This document shows positions 1 to 10,800 of a stretch of DNA of 40,329 bases, piece by piece; within the stretch, counting starts at the first letter, position 1; every line of letters begins with the position of its first letter. Under the pieces are notes generated by a model. It was not told the origin of the DNA and ran no database searches. It worked only from the letters and a program-made list of their open reading frames with translations. The stretch spans positions 1 to 40,329 of the forward strand of contig JAUCBJ010006623.1 in the NCBI GenBank assembly GCA_032718475.1, read 5' to 3'. Position numbers and translations under genes: made by a program. This DNA is from Nemertoderma westbladi. Taxonomy: Eukaryota > Animalia > Xenacoelomorpha.

Positions 1-195
1 TGTACAGTGTTGATCTAAGTTACCCTTAAGTGATATTATATACTTATATATATGTAGGCCTACAGGCCTCTGGAAAGTGAAGTATTCAATATATAACATA
101 AGTACTTCTGTACTTTGTCATCTGGCAATCCCATATTTTCATACACAGCAGTCTGGCAGTATATCTACTGCCTACTGGTACTTCAGTACTTTACA
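1..195 (+). repeat. 5' LTR (195 bp)
   Basis: TGTACAGTG...TACTTTACA; identical by eye to 5486-5680; internal hairpin GGCAGTA-TATC-TACTGCC near 155-172. Confidence 0.96.
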
Positions 196-207
196 TGGCG
201 CTGCGAA
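196..207 (+). promoter_or_regulatory. Primer binding site, probably tRNA-Ser type
   Basis: TGGCGCTGCGAA directly after the LTR; TGG is complementary to tRNA CCA, and TGGCGCTG resembles the complement of metazoan tRNA-Ser 3' ends. The tRNA identity is an inference. Confidence 0.8.
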
Positions 208-450
208 TCTGGAAATACAAATACACTGCGGCACTACACACTACAAGATGGAACAAATAAATAATAGGTCTTAAAACTTAACTGGTCTACAAACAATACT
301 GCAATAGGCCTACCCCATCATTGGTTAGCCAACAAGATAACCTACAATCTACAGCTCTACAGACATATAGGCCTACCAATAGGCCTATAACCTAGCCTAC
401 AACAGGTGTCAGGGTGCTTACAATAAGCACCTACAGCTCAACATAGCAAC

Positions 451-3400
451 ATGACGGATACCGGCACCGGTACCGGTACTACAGCTACATCTATTACAGC
501 AGCCAAATATTCGCGATCAGCCTTCAAGGGACGTGTTACTACAGCAATGAGACGCCTTGAGGACTCGCTACAAAAATATACCACCATGGACCATGAACAA
601 TTAACGCCATTAATAATTGAAGCAGTAACAAGCCGATTAACAGATTTTCAAATGGCTGCAAACAAATATTTCGAAGCACACCACAATGTCCAGGTGTTAG
701 AACCTACAAAGGATGGTGACAAAGAAACATTATATGTGAATTCACTGGAAGATAATGTTGTAGAATTCCGCGACCGGGTTCAAGAATTAAGTTACCGGTA
801 CTCAAGTACTTTGAACATTTTAAATCCTTCTCAGGTTAGTGATGTTAATACTAATGGTAGGCCTGCTGATCCAGTAGCTACCGGTACACATATTAAAAAT
901 CCACGCATAGATCGAACCTGTCAGCCAGATCGTCTGAACAAAGACGTTTCTCTTGCAGACTACAATACATGGAAAATTAATTTCCTCCAATTTTTCCGTA
1001 TAAATGCGATGCAACACATGGAGCATGATTACCAAATTGCTCAACTTCAAGCATGTATTTCTCCAGAATTACAAACTACAAGTCGTCTGTCCCTTAATGT
1101 CACACCACAACATACTGTTGATGAAATTCTGGACATTCTCCATGAATATTACAAAAAAAAATGTAGTTGGATTCGCAGATGTGTCGAATTCAACAGTTGT
1201 CATCAGGTCGCTGGTGAACCATTTAATGATTTTTTTGTTCGCCTGCGTGGCCTGCAAGAATTAACTGAACCATGCCACAGATGTATAGACCGCAACTTAA
1301 TGGTCCAAATATGTCAAGGTGTCATAAACATTGAACTCCAACGGAAATTATTTGCTTTACAAATGGGGCACCCTACCTTAGATGACGTTAGAAATGAATG
1401 TATTGCATTTGAACACGGTGACCATGAATCAAATGTTTCCAAACAACCAAACCGTGATCAATTAATACACAATATACAAACAATTTCGTCCCCAGATGGG
1501 GCTGTTGAAATACCGGTACCACAATATACATTTACTATTGATGAAATTCGAGAAACAATGTTAAATAGTAAAGGTACTGATTCTGATATAATTCATGCAC
1601 TTCAAGTTTTAAAAACGCAACAACTTCCAGCACGGTCAAAGAAAACTTACCCTATTTATAGGGGTAAAGGCAATACACAAACCCAATCTACATTCTCAAA
1701 AAGTACTTCATCAAAAAGCCGGAATTGCCCTTGGTGTGGTGGACCATCACCACATGAAAATAATAGACAAAACTGTCCAGCCAGTGGGAAATTATGTGTC
1801 AATTGTGGGAGAAAGGGACACTTTTCATTTGCTTGTAAAGCAAACCCAGCTATGCAATCTTTTCAACAACGACAAATTAATCAAATTGAATATAATAAAC
1901 AATGCGATGAAGGGGATGATGACAGTGACCAATCATCCTATGTTTATCGTGCTGGCGTTAATATTAATGTGATCTCAGATGAAGTTCATATTACTCAAAT
2001 TAAATTTTCACATTCTGCACCATTGATACGAATTAATGTATGTGGAACACAAAATAATGCCATTTTTGTTTGTGATTCACTTCCAGATACTGGTGCAGAT
2101 GCCCCAATCGTACCATATGGTCTAATAAAAGACAATGATTTAATAATGGAGATTAAAAAATCTCACAAGCCGAAGGTATTTGCTGCAAACGGTACTGTAA
2201 TCCAATCCATTGGTATCATAACTTTAAAATTACATTACTATGGACATAAGGCTATAATCAATGCAGTGGTTACTGAAACAGCATCTACCTTTTTGCTACC
2301 CTGGTTTACCCTGAAACAATTAAAAATCATACCAGAATGTTTTCCCCTTCCATATATATTTCCAAAAGATAGCAGGGATCTTTATGTCCAAGAAGTATCA
2401 TCAGCTAATAATGTGCGATCAACATTATTAGATGAATATTCTGATGTCTTTGATACTGAACAGTTCCAGGCTATGGACATAACTCCAATGAAAATACACC
2501 TTAAACAAAATGCAATTCCATCTAAGATATATACTGCAAGAAAAATCCCTGTTCATCTAGAGGCAGACACAAAGGCAGAATTAGAAAATATGACCAAACT
2601 AGGAGTAATTAAAAAATTAGAATCTGATGCTGAACCCCCAGAATGGATTTCTCCAATGGTGGTTATACAAAAACCACGAGGTGGGATTCGAATATGTTTG
2701 GACTACACTGCTCTAAATCAATACATAGAACGCCCGGTACATCCATTTAAGTGTCCTGCTGATATCGTTGCAAATTTGAATAATGGGTGTCAGTTTTTCT
2801 CAACTTTAGATGCAGTGAAAGGATACTGGCAAGTTCCTCTTGAATTCAATAGCCAAAAATATACAACATTCCTAACTCCATGGGGTTGCTATGTTTTTCT
2901 TCGAGCCCCAATGGGCCTTAGTTCAACTGGTGATGTATATTGCATATGGGGAGATACAGCAATATCTGGAATCCCTTCAGTAGAAAAAGTTGTAGATGAT
3001 ATGCTGGTTCATACAGTTACATTTGAAGAACATGTGACTGTTGTGAGATCCATACTAGACCGATGTAGACAATACAAGATTACATTGTCAAAAGATAAAT
3101 TTATCTTCGCCCAGCCAGAAGTGGAATTTATTGGAATGCGCATCGGGCGAAATGGTATTCATGGTGATCCATTAAAGATGGAAGCTATTAGAGAATTCCC
3201 AATACCAAAAGACATTTCCATGTTGAAATCTTTTTTTGGTATTATTACACAACTTCAAATGTTTACACCAAATCTGGCTCAGATATCTGCACCATTACGT
3301 GGTTTGTTGAGCCCTAAGAATGCATTTGTATGGACCCATGATCATACACAAGCTTTCAATGCAACCAAAAATTTACTTACTTGTTTACCGGCCCTTCAAC

Positions 3401-5169
3401 CATTCGATAAAACATTACCAATTTCACTACACACAGATGCCTCTAAAGATGGTATTGGATATGTACTCATGCAAAAACATGACAGCAATTGGTGTATAGT
3501 AACCTGTGGAAGCCGTTTTGTCACTCCCACAGAGTCGAATTGGGCTGTCATTGAACGTGAGCTGTTAGCTGTTCAATGGGCAGTAACGAAATGCAGAGTA
3601 TATTTACAAGGTTGCCCAAATTTTTCTGTTAACACAGATCATAAACCTCTAATCACCATATTAAATAGTAAAACATTGGACAAAATAGGTAATTTACGAC
3701 TTCAGAGAATCAAAGAAAAGCTTATTGGATATAACTTTACTGCTATATGGATACCGGGTAAGAATAATGGCTTTGCCGATGCTCTATCTAGAGCACCTGT
3801 ATCTCAACCTGATAAAGAGGATATAGATCAAGTAAATGAGATCATCACTCAAGTAAACGAAGTCATTACAGTAAATTCTAATGATATTGACCCATCGCAC
3901 ACTCTATTTACGAAAGCTGTTAGTGAAGATACCGAATATAAACTCCTTACTTCTCATATTATTTCTGGATGTTACAAGATACCTCAAGAGTTAATTATGT
4001 TCAAAAACATAATTAAAGACCTTTCAATATGTAATGAGCTAATCTTGTATGGAGATCGTATTGTTGTACCAAAAAAGGCCAGAAATGAGGTTCTGCGTCG
4101 ATTACATGTACCACATCAAGGAATTCGTCGATCCAAAGAAAGAGCCCGCCGATTATATTATTGGCCAGGAATGAATAGTGATATAACCAACACTGTTGAG
4201 AACTGTCATAATTGTCAAAAATATAGACCCAGTCAGGCACCAGAACCAATGACTCTTGATGTTAATCCGACTCGACCATTTGAAAATGTCTCGACTGACC
4301 TTTGTAGCTATGGAAATAATATATATCTCATATATGTGGACCGTTTTTCTGGATGGCCAATAGTTATTTTGTTCAATAAACCTCCAACAACATCCCAAAT
4401 AACTTCAAAACTAATCGATCTGTTTTGTGATACAGGCGTTCCTGTGAAAATGCGATCAGATGGTGGATCACAATATGCTTCAGCAGAGTTCAATACTTTT
4501 TGCAACAATTGGCATATAGACCACACCCTTAGTAGTGCATATTATCCCCAATCTAATGGTCATGCCGAAGCTGGTATAAAATCAATGAAATCTTTAATTA
4601 AAAAATATACTTCAACTAATGGCCAATTAAATCATGAAGGATTCAAAGAAGCAATATTAGAGTGGAGAAATACTCCCCGTGATGGTGATACTCCAGCTCC
4701 TTCAGTACTACTATATGGAAGAATAATGCGCACTCGTCTCCCTGCAAGCAAAGAAGCCTTGGACTTTCAGTGGAATAAAGTATTTGACGAAATTGATAGA
4801 AAAATAGTGGATAAAAAACGTTGGGTGACAAAATCAAGATACGACTTACACACACATCCACTCAAACCTCTCTCCATAGGCACCTCTGTATTTGTTCAGG
4901 ATGTCAGGACAAAGTTATGGGATCGAGTAGGTCGAATAACTGATATAAGAGATAATGGTCATAGTTATTACGTTGCATTTCCATCTGGTCGTATCCTGCT
5001 GAGAAATAGGCGTTTTTTACGCCCAGAACCTTTGATAAATAGCAATATAAATGATAGTGATAATAAATACAAAGAAATGACTTCAGATACTGTAATTGTA
5101 GATCTACCCCTTCGGCGAAGCATCAGAGCAAAACAGTTACCAAACCGATATGGACAATTGATTAAGTAA
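451..5169 (+). CDS. Gag-Pol polyprotein (Gag with two Cys-His knuckles, aspartic protease, reverse transcriptase, RNase H, integrase)
   Basis: 1572-aa uninterrupted ORF. Motifs: CPWCGGPSPHENNRQNC and CVNCGRKGHFSFAC (nucleocapsid); LPDTGAD (protease); RICLDYTALN, LDAVKGYWQV, PMGL, VVDD (RT); TDASKDGIG, ERELLAV, TDHKPL, ADALSR (RNase H); HVPH...CHNC zinc motif and D...D-35-E (STDL, RSDGG, GHAE) (integrase). Confidence 0.97.
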   Translation: MTDTGTGTGTTATSITAAKYSRSAFKGRVTTAMRRLEDSLQKYTTMDHEQLTPLIIEAVTSRLTDFQMAANKYFEAHHNVQVLEPTKDGDKETLYVNSLEDNVVEFRDRVQELSYRYSSTLNILNPSQVSDVNTNGRPADPVATGTHIKNPRIDRTCQPDRLNKDVSLADYNTWKINFLQFFRINAMQHMEHDYQIAQLQACISPELQTTSRLSLNVTPQHTVDEILDILHEYYKKKCSWIRRCVEFNSCHQVAGEPFNDFFVRLRGLQELTEPCHRCIDRNLMVQICQGVINIELQRKLFALQMGHPTLDDVRNECIAFEHGDHESNVSKQPNRDQLIHNIQTISSPDGAVEIPVPQYTFTIDEIRETMLNSKGTDSDIIHALQVLKTQQLPARSKKTYPIYRGKGNTQTQSTFSKSTSSKSRNCPWCGGPSPHENNRQNCPASGKLCVNCGRKGHFSFACKANPAMQSFQQRQINQIEYNKQCDEGDDDSDQSSYVYRAGVNINVISDEVHITQIKFSHSAPLIRINVCGTQNNAIFVCDSLPDTGADAPIVPYGLIKDNDLIMEIKKSHKPKVFAANGTVIQSIGIITLKLHYYGHKAIINAVVTETASTFLLPWFTLKQLKIIPECFPLPYIFPKDSRDLYVQEVSSANNVRSTLLDEYSDVFDTEQFQAMDITPMKIHLKQNAIPSKIYTARKIPVHLEADTKAELENMTKLGVIKKLESDAEPPEWISPMVVIQKPRGGIRICLDYTALNQYIERPVHPFKCPADIVANLNNGCQFFSTLDAVKGYWQVPLEFNSQKYTTFLTPWGCYVFLRAPMGLSSTGDVYCIWGDTAISGIPSVEKVVDDMLVHTVTFEEHVTVVRSILDRCRQYKITLSKDKFIFAQPEVEFIGMRIGRNGIHGDPLKMEAIREFPIPKDISMLKSFFGIITQLQMFTPNLAQISAPLRGLLSPKNAFVWTHDHTQAFNATKNLLTCLPALQPFDKTLPISLHTDASKDGIGYVLMQKHDSNWCIVTCGSRFVTPTESNWAVIERELLAVQWAVTKCRVYLQGCPNFSVNTDHKPLITILNSKTLDKIGNLRLQRIKEKLIGYNFTAIWIPGKNNGFADALSRAPVSQPDKEDIDQVNEIITQVNEVITVNSNDIDPSHTLFTKAVSEDTEYKLLTSHIISGCYKIPQELIMFKNIIKDLSICNELILYGDRIVVPKKARNEVLRRLHVPHQGIRRSKERARRLYYWPGMNSDITNTVENCHNCQKYRPSQAPEPMTLDVNPTRPFENVSTDLCSYGNNIYLIYVDRFSGWPIVILFNKPPTTSQITSKLIDLFCDTGVPVKMRSDGGSQYASAEFNTFCNNWHIDHTLSSAYYPQSNGHAEAGIKSMKSLIKKYTSTNGQLNHEGFKEAILEWRNTPRDGDTPAPSVLLYGRIMRTRLPASKEALDFQWNKVFDEIDRKIVDKKRWVTKSRYDLHTHPLKPLSIGTSVFVQDVRTKLWDRVGRITDIRDNGHSYYVAFPSGRILLRNRRFLRPEPLINSNINDSDNKYKEMTSDTVIVDLPLRRSIRAKQLPNRYGQLIK

Positions 5170-5476
5170 ATAATGTTCCTTGGTATTATTTTTAAGATTA
5201 TTACAATAAATGACTAAGAATGAAGATTGAATTAATTTTGAGTAATTTGTATTGTATTGTAATAGATTATGGTTAAGCTATTTTGAATATGAAAGATGGT
5301 ATATAATTTAGAATCAAAAACTGAAAAGGGATGTATATTGTTTTAGAGTATATCTATATATATCGAGTCAAGATTATTGATTGTGTATTGATTATATATT
5401 TAGGACCATATTTTTGTTAGAGGATTTAGTATGATTTTTTTTTGTTTATTTCTGATCTTTTGAGTTCAAAGATCAT

Positions 5477-5485
5477 GGGGGGAGG
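5477..5485 (+). promoter_or_regulatory. Polypurine tract
   Basis: GGGGGGAGG directly abutting the TG of the 3' LTR. Confidence 0.9.
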
Positions 5486-5680
5486 TGTACAGTGTTGATC
5501 TAAGTTACCCTTAAGTGATATTATATACTTATATATATGTAGGCCTACAGGCCTCTGGAAAGTGAAGTATTCAATATATAACATAAGTACTTCTGTACTT
5601 TGTCATCTGGCAATCCCATATTTTCATACACAGCAGTCTGGCAGTATATCTACTGCCTACTGGTACTTCAGTACTTTACA
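5486..5680 (+). repeat. 3' LTR (195 bp)
   Basis: Exact copy of 1-195. Confidence 0.96.
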
Positions 5681-7859
5681 AGAACTGTTGAACAGACCAA
5701 TACCCGTTAATATCCTTCTGCCAACCTAATAAGTTCTCGTCTAACCAATAAGACACAAAGACTGCTCTACTGTTAAGTAAAGGGGATCAGGAGCGTGCTA
5801 TTACTAAATTGTAAGGGTTGCTAAATACAAAACCGCTACTTACCGTTAGATGGCGCTAATCTGCCGTCCACTAATATATTTTACTAATTTTACACAACTC
5901 CTGCAAAATCGCTTGTTCCTTTCTCTACCGATCGCTCGATAGAGAGCTAACTGTTCGAATCTATGAGCCACGCGGGAATAACCAAAACAATAAACCCGAG
6001 TCGGCTCCCTAAGCTTACTTAAGACGAGTGCGAGAGGCCTTGCACCCAGAGTATTCTTACGCCTAATTTTATCACTTTTAAAGCACGCTATTACCTACGT
6101 CTTTCTAATCGCGAATACTGGAGGTTCCCTAACGTAATGTGTGAATGCGAGAATATTTAAAATATCAAAATGGTACAGTATCTGTTTCTACGTGGATAAT
6201 ACCACTCCGGGTCTAAAACTGCCCGCGACTGGCTTTAGGCCAGCAAAATTACTAGCGTATCGTGCGTACCGAATAGTGCGTTCTAGCTGATTGTCCGCTA
6301 ATGCAAATAACCGCTCAGCGTGAATAGTTTACAGTACACTAATTATTACCTTAGCTACTCTCCGCTATGCTGCGTACTAATTCTTAATTTTTTACTAATT
6401 AATTACAGTCACAAATATTTAACAGCGTACTAATTACTAAGAGTTCCAGAATACGTAATTCTAATTTATCACGCAACAGGTTTCGCTAGTAATAGCCTAA
6501 TTTGCCGTATTACTTTGACCTAATCAATAACTAATTATTGTAACTAAGAAATAGAAATCAATCAAAGGAAAAGAGCGCCTATCTAAGCATTCGTAATCTT
6601 AGGCACACTTCAATAACACACCAATCAGCGTTAGAAATCACAGTTTACAATTGTGCAATTCACTATTCGTACTCCACACTCAACGTTGCAACACGCGCAG
6701 GCCTCTCCCGGGTACATCTAGGATTCCTAACTAACCCAATTCCTGCCCCCTAATACTAAATAGAGACAAAACCTGGATCATCAGCCCCCTAATTTGCTGT
6801 ACCGGCGATCGGTCTGCGTGCCGCAGTGCAAGTTACCCGCCCGCAACGGTGACCCTAGCCAGCGTTGCCCGCTTTGAATCCTCCGCTCTCTCCTAGTCGC
6901 CCAACCCCCCGATGCGCCCACCGCCCACTGGCACCTTAGCCCTCCATTACGCTAATAGCTACCGTAGCGGCGCATGCAAATCACAAAGTCTGACAGTTTC
7001 AGGAATCCCTTGGGATTATTGCGCAGAAAAGAATCACATAGAACCATCAATCAAAGGTAGAAATCATAGTTCGATTGTAATTTGCAGTAATCGAAGGAAT
7101 TATTGAGAAACACAAGCAAAGTAATCGCACTAGCAAATCATTCCAAGAAATTAATCAAAATTAGCAAATTGCAGAAAAATACAAAATTAGAGACAGCTCA
7201 GCAAGTAAATTGTAACAGGGGTGTATCATGTGACAGATTGATGAAGAGTAAAACAGGTTGAACAGAATAGGCTCTACCGGCACACCGCCAATTTATAGGT
7301 GATCCGGATGGGATGATGCAATAGGGTGACTCAATCGCTTTCTTATTGGCTCTCCAGTCCGTGCTAGCACTAGACCAACCTGGAAGCAGCTAGTCCAATA
7401 AGGAGGCCGGATTGTAGTCCTATTTGCTCCCTTTCCTCGAATTATTACCATATATGGTAATGGTTCACGTCTCTGGCTGCTGAATGGCCAGGACAGCGTC
7501 CCTATATGCTAGCCCTACTAAAGCTAATATCAGCAAGCACGGAATCCAGGGTCCGAATAAACTTACCCTGGAACTATCTACATATAACCTAATACAAAAT
7601 TACGTAGGTAGAGCTACATACTATACAAAATGAATGGATGCAAAATATATGGGCGTTTTAACTTCCTTACCTAAATACCACTGCGTTATTATGCCTTATC
7701 TAAAATATCATGCTGCACAACGGACTAATATTACATACAGTATAACGGACTAATATTGCATACTGCATAATGGACTAATATTGCATACTGCATAATGGAC
7801 TAATATTGCATACTGCATAATGGACTAATATTGTGGATACAGCGCCATATACCGTAACA
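5681..7859 (-). mobile_element. Probable older LTR-element remnant (LTR plus non-coding leader) in reverse orientation
   Basis: The minus strand starts TGTTACGG exactly at the satellite junction (7859), then shows 25-bp tandem repeats, a CArG box (CCATATATGG, 7448-7457), CCAAT (near 7344-7349) and CCTATAAAT (7291-7299) in U3-like order. Candidate LTR ends are 7211 (GTTACA) or 6798 (GTACA followed by a degenerate GGGGGCT, tRNA-Pro-like PBS). No coding remnant was recognised. Confidence 0.4.
7722..7833. repeat. 25-bp tandem repeat, about 4.5 copies
   Basis: Unit GGACTAATATTGCATACTGCATAAT. Confidence 0.9.
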
Positions 7860-10800
7860 GGTCAGCTGACCGAGAAGCAATCTACCTTAGGTAGAAGTAG
7901 TCCTAATGAGTGGTCAGCTGACCGAGAAGGAATATACCTTAGGTAGAAGTAGTCCTAATGACGGGTCAGCTGACCGAGAAGGAATCTACCTTAGGTAGAA
8001 GTAGTCCTAATAACGGGTCAGCTGACCGAGAAGGAATCTACCTTAGGTAGAAGTAGTCCTAATGACGGGTCAGCTGACCGAGAAGCAATCTACCTTAGGT
8101 AGAAGTAGTCCTAATGACGGGTCAGCTGACCGAGAAGCAATCTACATTAGGTAGAAGTAGTCCTAATGACGGGTCAGCTGACCGAGAAGGAATCTACCTT
8201 AGGTAGAAGTAGTCCTAATGACGGGTCAGCTGACCGAGAAGGAATCTACCTTAGGTAGAAGTAGTCCTAATGACGGGTCAGCTGACCGAGAAGCAATCTA
8301 CCTTAGGTAGAAGTAGTCCTAATGACGGGTCAGCTGACCGAGAAGCAATCTACATTAGGTAGAAGTAGTCCTAATGACGGGTCAGCTGACCGAGAAGGAA
8401 TCTACATTAGGTAGAAGTAGTCCTAATGACGGGTCAGCTGACCGAGAAGGAATATACCTTAGGTAGAAGTAGTCCTAATGACGGGTCAGCTGACCGAGAA
8501 GCAATCTACCTTAGGTAGAAGTAGTCCTAATGACGGGTCAGCTGACCGAGAAGCAATCTACATTAGGTAGAAGTACTCCTAATGACGGGTCAGCTGACCG
8601 AGAAGGAATATACCTTAGGTAGAAGTAGTCCTAATGACGGGTCAGCTGACCGAGAAGGAATCTACCTTAGGTAGAAGTAGTCCTAATGACGGGTCAGCTG
8701 TCCGAGAAGCAATCTACCTTAGGTAGAAGTAGTCCTAATGACGGGTCAGCTGACCGAGAAGCAATCTACCTTAGGTAGAAGTAGTCCTAATGACGGGTCA
8801 GCTGACCGAGAAGGAATATACCTTAGGTAGAAGTAGTCCTAATGACGGGTCAGCTGACCGAGAAGCAATCTACCTTAGGTAGAAGTAGTCCTAATGACGG
8901 GTCAGCTGACCGAGAAGCAATCTACATTAGGTAGAAGTACTCCTAATGACGGGTCAGCTGACCGAGAAGGAATATACCTTAGGTAGAAGTAGTCCTAATG
9001 ACGGGTCAGCTGACCGAGAAGGAATCTACCTTAGGTAGAAGTAGTCCTAATGACGGGTCAGCTGTCCGAGAAGCAATCTACCTTAGGTAGAAGTAGTCCT
9101 AATGACGGGTCAGCTGACCGAGAAGCAATCTACCTTAGGTAGAAGTAGTCCTAATGACGGGTCAGCTGACCGAGAAGGAATCTACCTTAGGTAGAAGTAG
9201 TCCTAATGACGGGTCAGCTGACCGAGAAGGAATCTACCTTAGGTAGAAGTAGTCCTAATGACGGGTCAGCTGTCCGAGAAGCAATCTACCTTAGGTAGAA
9301 GTAGTCCTAATGACGGGTCAGCTGACCGAGAAGCAATCTACCTTAGGTAGAAGTAGTCCTAATGACGGGTCAGCTGACCGAGAAGCAATCTACCTTAGGT
9401 AGAAGTAGTCCTAATGACGGGTCAGCTGACCGAGAAGGAATCTACCTTAGGTAGAAGTAGTCCTAATGACGGGTCAGCTGATTGAGAAGCAATCTACCTT
9501 AGGTAGAAGTAGTCCTAATGACGGTTCAGCTGACCGAGAAGGAATCTACCTTAGGTAGAAGTAGTCCTAATGACGGGTCAGCTGATTGAGAAGCAATCTA
9601 CCTTAGGTAGAAGTAGTCCTAATGACTGGTCAGCTGACCGAGAAGGAATCTACCTTAGGTAGAAGTAGTCCTAATGACGGGTCAGCTGACCGAGAAGGAA
9701 TCTACCTTAGGTAGAAGTAGTCCTAATGACGGGTCAGCTGTCCGAGAAGGAATCTACCTTAGGTAGAAGTAGTCCTAATGACGGGTCAGCTGACCGAGAA
9801 GGAATCTACATTAGGTAGAAGTATTCCTAATGACGGGTCAGCTGTCCGAGAAGGAATCTACATTAGGTAGAAGTAGTCCTAATGACGGGTCAGCTGACCG
9901 AGAAGGAATCTACATTAGGTAGAAGTAGTCCTAATGACGGGTCAGCTGACCGAGAAGGAATCTACCTTAGGTAGAAGTAGTCCTAATGACGGGTCAGCTG
10001 TCCGAGAAGGAATCTACCTTAGGTAGAAGTAGTCCTAATGACGGGTCAGCTGACCGAGAAGGAATCTACCTTCGGTAGAAGTAGTCCTAATGACGGGTCA
10101 GCTGACCGAGAAGGAATCTACATTAGGTAGAAGTAGTCCTAATGACGGGTCAGCTGACCGAGAAGCAATCTACATTAGGTAGAAGTAGTCCTAATGACGG
10201 GTCAGCTGACCGACAAGCAATCTACCTTAGGTAGAAGTAGTCCTAATGATGGGTCAGCTGACCGAGAAGGAATCTACCTTAGGTAGAAGTAGTCCTAATG
10301 ACGGGTCAGCTGACCGAGAAGCAATCTACCTTAGGTAGAAGTAGTCCTAATGACGGGTCAGCTGACCGAGAAGCAATCTACATTAGGTAGAAGTAGTCCT
10401 AATGACGGGTCAGCTGACCGAGAAGGAATATACCTTAGGTAGAAGTAGTCCTAATGACGGGTCAGCTGACCGAGAAGGAATCTACCTTAGGTAGAAGTAG
10501 TCCTAATGACGGGTCAGCTGACCGAGAAGCAATCTACCTTAGGTAGAAGTAGTCCTAATGACTGGTCAGCTGACCGAGAAGGAATATACCTTAGGTAGAA
10601 GTAGTCCTAATGACGGGTCAGCTGACCGAGAAGGAATCTACCTTAGGTAGAAGTAGTCCTAATGACGGGTCAGCTGACCGAGAAGGAATCTACATTAGGT
10701 AGAAGTAGTCCTAATGACGGGTCAGCTGACCGACAAGCAATCTACATTAGGTAGAAGTAGTCCTAATGACGGGTCAGCTGACCGAGAAGCAATCTACCTT

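Larger units (their letters stand above)
1..5680 (+). mobile_element. Full-length Ty3/Gypsy LTR retrotransposon, Mag-like lineage
   Basis: Direct repeats 1-195 and 5486-5680 with TG...CA termini, PBS right after the 5' LTR, polypurine tract right before the 3' LTR, single ORF with domain order gag-PR-RT-RNaseH-IN (Gypsy order). Tandem Cys-His knuckles and short LTRs suggest the Mag lineage (inference). The TSD cannot be confirmed because the left flank is outside the window; the right flank reads AGAAC. Confidence 0.96.

Noticed and set aside
820-4861. Short alternative-frame and antisense ORFs inside gag-pol
   Set aside because: 60-90 aa with no motifs; expected shadows of a long coding sequence.
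5170-5476. env-like or extra ORF in the retrotransposon 3' region
   Set aside because: Only about 300 bp, AT-rich and with no ORF in the supplied track.
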